DNA of 64,000 nt from Octopus vulgaris (lineage: Eukaryota). The stretch lies in contig OX597815.1 in the NCBI GenBank assembly GCA_951406725.2, forward strand, positions 201,562,001 through 201,626,000, in the 5' to 3' direction. A program made the translations under genes and the position numbers. Below are positions 53,601 through 64,000 of this stretch, one piece after another (position 1 is the first letter of the stretch; each line of letters begins with the position of its first letter). The notes beneath the pieces were generated by a model. It was not told where the DNA came from. It searched no databases and was given only the letters and a program-made list of their open reading frames with translations.

Positions 53601-56266
53601 GTAAGATTTATAACTTTATCCATCTGAGTTTACCAAGACTACATATCATATAGTTCTGCTTTGGATGTGTAACGATCTATGAAGACACCTTTCGCAGCAC
53701 TCCAGTGTCTACATCCTTCCCCTTTTCTATTATGCCATAGCCTTTCTGTACCTTCCAATGCAATATTCTTTTCATGATCTTAATATTTGGATTCGGCATC
53801 CAAAGCCATGTAGTCATAGATACAGTAATATATGTGTATTTTCGCATATATACGTGTTGGTGCATATATGTGTATAGGTTTAAAGAAAACTCTGGTTGTG
53901 TCTTGCTCTGTTATGTCCCACCTTCCAAACAATAAAACGTATAAGAAACAAATAAAGGAAACTAAGACTTGAAATACAATATTAATTCAAATTTATTACG
54001 TCAAATGTTTGGTTTCCAAAACACTCTATGAAATATGATTGGATTTCTACAGAATGTATTTAATCAATCATAAAATAACAGTAAGGAATGTATTTTGTCA
54101 AGATATTCCAATATTTGCTGCAGCAATTGGATCCATCCCTGTTTTGATGCATTTCATTAAATCAAGTAAATTATACGTTTATATGAAACTTCAGTAGAAT
54201 TTCACTGTCGGCAATATGAAATCCCTAAAGTAGGAAGGGACGAATAGACATACTCTCGTGTAAGAATTGGAATCATTTTGAAATCCTTATTGAAAATGTA
54301 AGAGAAAAATTGTGAGCATTAGGAAAGTGCAATCACACACAATATTTTGCAATATTTACTGGTACACCTTTATGATCTGAGTTAAAATCATGACCCGATA
54401 AACTTCATCTTTCACCTTTCTATAGTTCCTAAAAATAAAATGAGTTATCAACAATAACCGATTTCCACAAACAAGGAATCAATATTTGGACAACACTGAC
54501 TCTGTCTTTCCTTCCGCCCAGAAAGCGTAAATAATCACCAGGCATGTTCAAAGGTCAAGTCTATCAAATATTATCCTTGTATCAATATAATATATCAATA
54601 TTCTACAGAATGATCAAAGGAAAATAAAATTCTACCGGGAAAGCAAACTATTAATATCCATTATCAACACTGAAACATCAATATTTATTTCTCGTTAATA
54701 TTCATTTAACTCAGTAAATGCATTACAAGAGTGAATTATGAGAATCATCAAATTCTTGAAATTTTGAAGACATGGTCACTCGAATATAATTTCTTAAGTT
54801 ATTACTAAGAATTCTTCGAAAGTATGTTCAACAAGTACTGAGGTGATCGGTGTATCGACACAGAACAATAAACTTCCTCGGTAAAAATATATTTTGATTT
54901 CAGAGTGTATAAATATAGTTTATAGTCATGATACGCAATATGCCAGCGATTTTTAACTATTGTAACTGGAGGTATTAACCTTACGAGTAGTTAAAGTAAT
55001 TTATTAGATGAAGAATTCTAACTATTTTAGTATCATTCCAATCATTAATGATTTATACATTTCATATGTGATATAAAATTATACCTCCGAAGGAAATACC
55101 GTATAGTTTATAAAATAATGCTGGCACGAAAGATTAACCGCCATTTCTTCATACGTCCTAATGTTGAGAAGGATTAAGTACTTATGGTATTATACATATA
55201 TACATTCTATAATGTGTATAATATTATATTGCAAATAAAAAAAAATCAACTCCACATAAACTATTTGAGCTGTTGGAGGTCTCATTTGTAATCATATAGG
55301 TTATGTTGAAATTGGTAGATTTCAGCAAGAAGAATTATATCAACCCGTGGCATAATTTTGAGGTAGGAATAGCAAGAGAGAGTAAAATATCGGTCGTAAC
55401 CGTCATACTTGAAATAGAAGTCAATCTAGAAGGTAGAATTGTCTTCAACTACCAAATAAAGATTCGCTCCCCCCAAAAGGTCCTTATAGATAACGTTGCT
55501 TTGGTGGCACAAGATCTGATCTAAATGAAGAGGACCTGCACAGGGTAGAGTAGTTGACTTGGTGGGCAAGAAAGCAACGAAATCGCATAGTTTAACATTC
55601 GTGAAAGGGAGGAAGTATGACTTGGAAGGTGAAATCATGCATACAGAAAAAAAAAAAACTCCAAGAAAGACGGTAGAGTAGTTCCCTAAATGTAGAATGG
55701 GGCAATCATCATCCGGAAAATGGCAGAAAACAAATAATAACCCATCAGTAAGATATTGCTCCCAGAAAATTTCACTCAATTTTGTAGGTAGCATCCCGTA
55801 CACACTATACTGGATGCACCGCTAAAGATGCAAGAAGTTGCACTGAAAATGTAACATTTATATTTGCAGGTATTTAGAACAGAAAATATGCACATATGAT
55901 TTGTACAAGTGTAAAGGCCCAATAGAATCATGCATTTCCTTTATAGACGATTGGTACAATCTGCAGACTGCCATGATGATGTGCCGTTCAATTGATTATG
56001 TCATCATATCAAAGAGGTCAATACCAAAAGAAAGTGCACACGACAAATTTTCTGCAACTGAATAACAGAGTTGGTGTTGAACCATTAAAGCAGATGAGAA
56101 TCTTTTTTCAAATTCCACGTTTAGCCATGCCACATCATAAACCGAAATGAGTTAAGGCATGCAATATTTAAATTGGTAAAGGGGATACAGATGAGAAGCA
56201 ACCTTAACTGAGTTCGTATTATGTAAATAAGACTGACAGCGTGTCATTTAAAGGAAGGAGAGAGAA

Positions 56267-56455
56267 GGCGGCGAGCTGGCAGAATCGTTAGCACGCTGGG
56301 CGAAATGCTTAGCGTTATTTCGTCTGCCGCTTCGTTCTGAGTTCCTTTCATCCTTTCGAGATCGATTAAATAAGTACCAGTCACGCACGAAGATCGATGC
56401 AATCGACTTAATTCCCTCCCCCAAATAATATGCCTTGGGCTTCCAATAGAAAGGG
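56267..56455 (+). mobile_element. SINE family 3 with flanking direct repeat
   Basis: GGCGGCGAGCTGGCAGAATCGTTAGCA head. TTTAAAGGAAG at 56247-56257 and 56456-56466. A short deletion follows GAGTTC. Confidence 0.85.
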
Positions 56456-58119
56456 TTTAAAGGAAGAGTGAGGCTGAGTGAAAAGGAGGAACAAATAAAC
56501 TATCGTCATGGGAGACGGCTAGAATTATTTCTCATTCGCTTCCTCTGCGGCATGCTTCTTAATCGCACAAGCCTAAAGTATTGCACCAACTAATAGAGCC
56601 GTGTCTGCAAGTGTTGGGAATTAAGTGTTGTGGTGAGTTCTCTCAAATTCCCCACTAGGACTGAAGCATAGTTTCGTACAGATGTAGGAAAGAGTGCTTA
56701 GAGTATTGTCTGATTAGAATCATAAAAACTTTTGGTATGGAATGATAAAAGTTTACAAAGAAAGGGGAAAGTTACAAGACAGACACAGCATAAAATAAGA
56801 CAGATCCAGAATCGTAAAATATGAAGTAGTGTCGGTCAATCTCAATCACAAACACCACTACCACTTTTTAGCAACCAAAGATATGAGCTTAATATGCGGT
56901 GCAGAGAATGAAAGGTAGAGAAAACAAAATCATCAGAGTCCAGTATGACGAACATCAGTGAAAAACTGGCTGGAAAGAGAAAAGAGACATTGGCATGCTG
57001 ACGAGGTGGCATGACCAAAATCCCCTTTTGTTATATCAAAGATTTATTTGCTAGGATATTTAGAATGCTAATTAAATATTTCTCGAACAAGGGATATTAT
57101 ATATATTCCTTGATTCACATAAATCAAGTTTAGCTAGTGTATCTAGGTAACATTGCTTCCAACGTAACACACAACAGGAATAAACACACAACTACTCAGT
57201 CCCCAGGTAACCCAGTCTACACGTTTTGAAATATCGCTACTTTGAGAGGATACGTAAGTTATGCGCAAGGATAAGTTAGTCCTAAAATCACGAGTAGCAT
57301 TCCTTAACCATGCCACCATGAAAACCAAAATATTCTCCAAACTCGTGCCACATTATACATTGGTAGGGAAACAATCCCGCTGCCAATGATATTGTTGTAG
57401 TCTTTAATACAAACAATTCTTTATGGTGTGTATGAATGATTTCTTTTTATAGAATTCCGACTTTTGTTTAGGAAATACACGTATACACAAACATAACTAC
57501 ATAACACTCACACACACGCACACACACACGCACACACACACGCATACACTCATACGTACGCACTCACATATGAACGCCACATATGAATGCATAAACAAAT
57601 ATTAGAGAGGTAATATATATCCCCACTTCAAAGAGGATGTTAGATTACAACAAATTTTACAACGGTTGTTACCACGTGGGAATCACTTGTATTTGCATTT
57701 TGGTGCAAAATGCATTCTTGTTTATATAGGTAACGAGAAGAGAAATGCCTGCTACGTTAGCGCCGAGACTAGATTACGTATTTTTATATTTTTCTGGCTT
57801 TCATACATCGCAGAAAGCATCTCCAATGGATAAAACACTCGGTAGCTCATAGCAGTGAACTGTATACATTAAATAGTGTTCATCTCTCCTCGAATGATGC
57901 TTTCACGTCATTGGTGCCAAGCTGTATCGGCCTTCCACTTCTTTTGGATAACATTGGAAGCATAGAGAAATGGCGGCTGGTATGCATGTGCGACTGCTGG
58001 TCTTCCATAAACAAACTTGCCTCCATTTGTGCTTCGGAAGGAAACTTTCTATGTGCAATTCCATATATGTATATATACATATATACATATATGTGTGTGT
58101 ATATACAGCTTCTGGCACG

Positions 58120-58151
<32 letters not shown>

Positions 58152-59359
58152 CACACACAGACACACTCACACACATATATATATATATATACATATATAC
58201 AGACATAAAGATCACCTCTTGGTTTTGAGGTCATTTCTTTCAGTCATCCGATATTTAAAGTACACAATCTTTAATTTCAGCATGTTGGCAAATAGTATAG
58301 TTTACAAACGTATACATCCATAAGATATATCTCTAGAAGCGTATAGGTAACGCAGAACGTTGTAACATTATGTCTGTGATTATATGTACACATTGGCAGT
58401 TTTAGACAGAAGTACATTTAAATTTATTCTTTTGTATAGTTCGTACATATTTTCTTTTGTGTTTTTCATGTCATCACCTCCAAAGAATTATGATGTATTA
58501 AAGCTTTTATATTTCGTAAATTTTACTGATGGATATTATGCTTGGGAAAACGTTTCACAAGAAATCATTAAATAAGTATTAAACCGCCAGCATATAAACA
58601 AAATAACGTATTCACATGATTTAATAGTGGCAACAATTCATCATTTTATTACCGTTTCTTTAAATATTTCTACTTGAATAACCTATTTTAAATATCATTG
58701 AATATCGCTTCACGCTCGTTTACCATCCCGACTCTCTTTCTTCCGCCTTTTCCGTCGGAAAATTACAATAGTATTTTACATTGAAATATTTCAATTAAAA
58801 TATAAAACTATAAACTATACAATATACCGTTCCAGGCTCTAAAATAATGTAAATGACGAATAATGATAAATCAATTGTAATTAAGAAGTCATTAAATTTT
58901 AAGAGCGTATAAAATTGCGAAGTAAAATGCAAAAATAATCAACTAAACGAGTAAAAATGAAAATAATATAATAAAGTTGTTCGGAATTTATTCAGTTATG
59001 CTGCATAGGGAAATATATTTAGTACACCATTTAGCTTTCTAATTCGATAATATTTAAATATTTCATTCGCGTTGTTACGTTACGTCTTTATTGGTTTTCC
59101 TTACAATTCTTCGGTTTTCGATGTAATTCCCGTATTCAAAATTGAAAACTTAAAATCCAATGATGCTTTATTATTATGTTTTGTGTTGTTTTTTTTTTAT
59201 AAATGTAGTTTAGTCTATTTCGTCAACAACATAGGTATAGTCATCATGTCTTAAAAACGCATAGTAACATTCAACTCCTATAAATCTATGTATAGCTCTA
59301 TGGTGTCAAACTCAACGAGGATGCATCGATACTCTAAAACCATAATTATAGCAGACATG

Positions 59360-59390
<31 letters not shown>

Positions 59391-59577
59391 CATATATTAC
59401 ATATATATATATCATATATAAACCATATTTATTATAGCAGACAGCTTCCAAGGACATGTGTTCATCAAAAATTCTCTGACTACATTATGCTTTGTTCTCT
59501 CTCTCTAATAAACCGAAAATATGTACCGCTGAATCCTTCGCCTCATGTTTTTATTTTTATTTTTATTTTGATCAATA

Positions 59578-59735
<158 letters not shown>

Positions 59736-60805
59736 GTCTGCTATAATTATGGTTTTTAGAGTATCTATGCATCCTCTTCTCTGTGCCTCTGTATGTATAC
59801 ATGTATATTTCTTTATACGATTGCTTTAATTTATGTATATTGTTCTAAGCGAAAAAGCCAGTTTCCAACAAAGAAATAACGACAATATCAAGTACTTGTC
59901 AAAATTCACCTCACAGAATTTGAAACATAGGTTCATATTCGAAGGCGACTAAGCTGTATAAATGCTTACAGCTTCGCTTTTCATCCCAAATAAATATTCA
60001 GATTTCTAATGTTTGCTCTTTGCAACTGTTTTCATGGGAAAAGTTTTAGAATATTCTTTGGGCTGAAATATATTTGTGTATTTCAGAGGAAATGTGTTGG
60101 TTGTATTTATCGCGGGGCAGTCTTCCCTGCAGATTGCATGGCACATCATTGTCGTAGTAACATTATCTCGCAGTCATATATATCATCTCGATAGTTTTGG
60201 CCTAGTAATGGATATGTGTATTACGTCCTATATAAGGATATGTCATCCTTGACATTTGAAGTTATCGATTGAGAATTTATGTATATATGTAGCTATGTGT
60301 CTATGTATGTATGTATTCATATATGCATGTATGTATGTTTGTACGTACGTATCTCTGTACGAAACTATGACTACGGGATTGATTTGCGGAGTAGCTTAGA
60401 GATATTCCATATTTTCTCACCTTTTCTTTTCTGTTTCCTGCTTAGTTATCAATTGTATTTCCAGCATTTTGTAATAGGAGAAGGCAGACATTTGTTTTCA
60501 TTCTTCAATGTTTCATGAATTTAACCTAGCTAACTCATGCTCCCTATTCTTTCTGTCCATGCATGCAAATGCATTTAGGTCATGCAAAAGTAGAACAAAT
60601 CAAACGTAATTTCTTCTCACGTACACACACACATTCTTTACATAAAAACACACACACTTTCAAATAATCACATTCGCGTCAGACGATATAAACGTACGCG
60701 TCAGAAATTAAGCCCCATTTAGAGCGGTTACGCCAATTACACTTGCCACCTTCTCAGTCCAACCACACAACAATTAATGTTGCATTCTCGAAAGTCAAAC
60801 TAAAA

Positions 60806-61815
60806 TCAGGTCATCCCATAAGTTCTGTCCGAATTTGGAATAAAGAAAACAAGTGATCAAATGTTATATTTAATTGAAATTTAATCATCAATCTACTTTC
60901 CTTGATTATATACGACTTCTTTCCATCTATTTACGAGCATTTTAATCTCATCAATGTAAAACTCTCTTGGCTTCAAAGCGTAGAACCCTGAAATGTCAGT
61001 TTCGAACTCCTCCTGGCTTGCAAAAGTTATATCCTCCAAATGACTCTGTAAACTACGAAACAAATTGTAGTCTCAAGGAGCAAGGCCGGGAGAATAAAGT
61101 CGATGAGGAATTTTTTCCCAACCAAGCTCTTCAATCTTCTGTGATGTGATCTTTGCAGTGTGGGGTGGCGCATTGTCCTGATCAAACATCACTCCTTTTC
61201 AATCTACTAAGGCAGGTCTTTTTCTCTTCAAATCTTGGTTCAAACGCTCTAATTGCTGACAGTAAACTTGAACATTGATTATTGCATTAGATGGTAACAA
61301 TTCAAAGTGAAATATTCCTTTGCAACCCCACTAGTTAGAGAGAAGAACCGTTTTCCCATGAAGTTCCTTTCTCGGTTGTGGTTGAGCTTTTTTCCCTTTT
61401 ATCAAGCCAGTGTTTACGACGTTTAACATTTCGATAGAAGATCCATTTTTCATCGCCAGTCACAAGTCTATCCAAAAAGGGTGAAATGATTTGGTGAGAA
61501 TGGAGATAAGAGCAGGTGAGGTACACATGTCCCACGTTTAGGAAACTTTCCAACTTGTTGAAGATGTCGCCGAGAAGTTGTATGGTTTGATCTAAGCTTT
61601 TTTGCCATTTCTTCAACTGATAATGCAGGATTTTCTTCAAGTAATACCCCAAGGAGCTTATCATCAAACTCAACTGGATATCCTGTTCGCTCTTCATCTT
61701 CAAGGCTGAAATCTCTAGTTCTGAATATTGCAAACCATCTTCTGCAAGTTCTATCATTCAAGCATTCGTTCCTATAAACCGAGTGTATGTTTCAAGTCGC
61801 TTCGGCTGCCCCCTG
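60806..61815 (-). mobile_element. Decayed mariner transposon, 5'-truncated
   Basis: RTCRRWFAIFRTRDFSLEDEERTGYP, CVPH and FLDRLVTGDEKWIFYRNVKRRKHW motifs, plus a DNAPPH remnant. TIR-like TCAGGTCATCCCATAAGTTCTGTCCGAATTT at 60806. Confidence 0.88.
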
Positions 61816-62429
61816 AACATCAACAACGCAACTAACAACAAAAACAACAACAAAAATAAATAACCACGATATCAACAACATGAACGAACACACAAATACA
61901 GAATGATACAAGAACAATACCAAATGTGAAAAGAACAACAGCAGCAGAAACAGAAGAGAAAACGCTGGCGAAGGGAGGGTAAATGTACAACTAAGAACAA
62001 CGGCGATAATGATGACAACAATATAAAGTGCACAACCTGTATATACATGTATAAGCACACATGCACATAGACACGCGTACCCACATACAAAAACACACAC
62101 ACACGCAGAGGCACACACATACATGTACACACACATACACACTAATACAGATGCAAAAACATGCAGATGTGAAGATACACATCATATAACAGAATTGACT
62201 TAGCGGGGCAGAAGCATACACGCGGACAGAAAGTGTCGCAGATGTGTGACGAAAGGTGTCCGGACAACGGTCATGGGTTAAAATAAGAACAATAATCAAC
62301 GAGTGAAGAAGGAATACATTGTGCGTGTGTTTCATGGCAAATAAAAGACATGACCGTCCTGAAGTACAACAATATATAATTCAACATATGGTTTCACATC
62401 AGAAATCTTGCAACAGATATTCATAAGCG

Positions 62430-62804
<375 letters not shown>

Positions 62805-64000
62805 CCTTTTATCAATTGAAAATGTAATTTTCTAGATGGTGTAATTTAATTATTCAATTTGAATTGATAAAACGTGTTTTTTTCTAAATTATATACATAT
62901 ATCATTTTCATTTTTGGAACTACGTAAAAATTACTTTATTCCAATTTTGCCGACTTGTGGGTTTTCTCTAAATTACTGCACCCGTATTTTCTCTGTGTGA
63001 GTTTTCAATGATCCTATTCTCAAAGCAAACGGTAATTTAATAATACTACGCAATTCCATATTACAAAATCCTTTCAATAACAATTCGTATATTACACAAT
63101 TAAATACAATTTCTTTATTTTGAGTGACTGTACATTGTAATGATTCTCTTCCATGCATGCTTACTTTACCTACGTAATCATTTTAAAGTGTTATGCTATT
63201 TAAAGGAAAATTAAAATGCGCCATTGTTCATAATGTAATGAATACGCCAAATATTTGCTTACTTTTTATATAGCAGAGGTGTATGCATTTCAGTACAAGA
63301 ATTTATAATGTATATTTGAAACGTTTCACTATACCAAATTTTCAAGCATTCATTTTTTTCTTTTACATATAATGAGTTTACTTACAAATCTTGTTTTGTC
63401 CCTTGCTTCTCACGCTAAAAGAATTTACAAAGAAAGCTTTTGTCTTTAAAAAGGAGCTATAAATTATATCGGACATAATCATATTTCGTTCATGTTGCAA
63501 GTTATTTTAAAGTTTTTTTTAAGTACACTTCAGTTGTCATTAATGAAAATCTGGAAATTGTTTAATATTGCCCTCAATTACATTATTTCCTTAGTATGTT
63601 CATTGAGGGAGCTTCACCGTTACGAATATAAAATAAAAGGATCTCATAATGTATAAAACGCATTAAATATATAATGAGATAACATTGGAAATATTACAAC
63701 AAGAAAAAAAGTTAGGTGAATGGCAAATCTTAGAGTATTTAAATATCTAGGACAAATATTAAACCTTCCCAGTAACGTGTTTTCTGATGTGGAATAATTA
63801 AATACATCAACGAAATCATTGGCATAATCTCCTGCAGAGAAGTTGGAAATGAAACCATTTTTCCACAATGTGATGTGGCCGATTTTCTATTCAAAAATAT
63901 AGAGAAATGCTTCTAAGTATTATCTTAATTTACTTTTTCGCACTTATTAATGTGAGAGATGACACCCGAGCTGTACGTTAACAAAACGACCATATTGAAA

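Overview
AT-rich, microsatellite-dense eukaryotic DNA with no host protein-coding gene that I can support. The repeat content looks like a cephalopod (octopus-type) genome; this is an inference from the SINE and microsatellite patterns. The window is a mosaic of transposable elements. (1) About ten fragments from several families of RLE-type (R4/Dong-like) non-LTR retrotransposons, most stacked in (TAA)n tracts with fixed strand polarity, with a dense array at 8.7-18.6 kb. (2) A 2.15 kb ORF1-only (Half-L1/Tx1-like) element with an RRM-like region, a frameshift-hidden CCHC knuckle, an 11-bp TSD and a candidate retained 5'UTR intron, inserted in the tRNA head of a SINE. (3) Several tRNA-derived SINE families. 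(4) Penelope GIY-YIG fragments with hammerhead-like cores, a CR1 LINE, two mariners (one carrying a nested, internally deleted Gypsy), a Tc1 fragment and a non-autonomous Helitron. (5) Several hairpins and inverted repeats. Most ORFs in the supplied track are microsatellite artefacts or antisense shadows of TE ORFs. Family names come from motif recognition by eye, not database searches.
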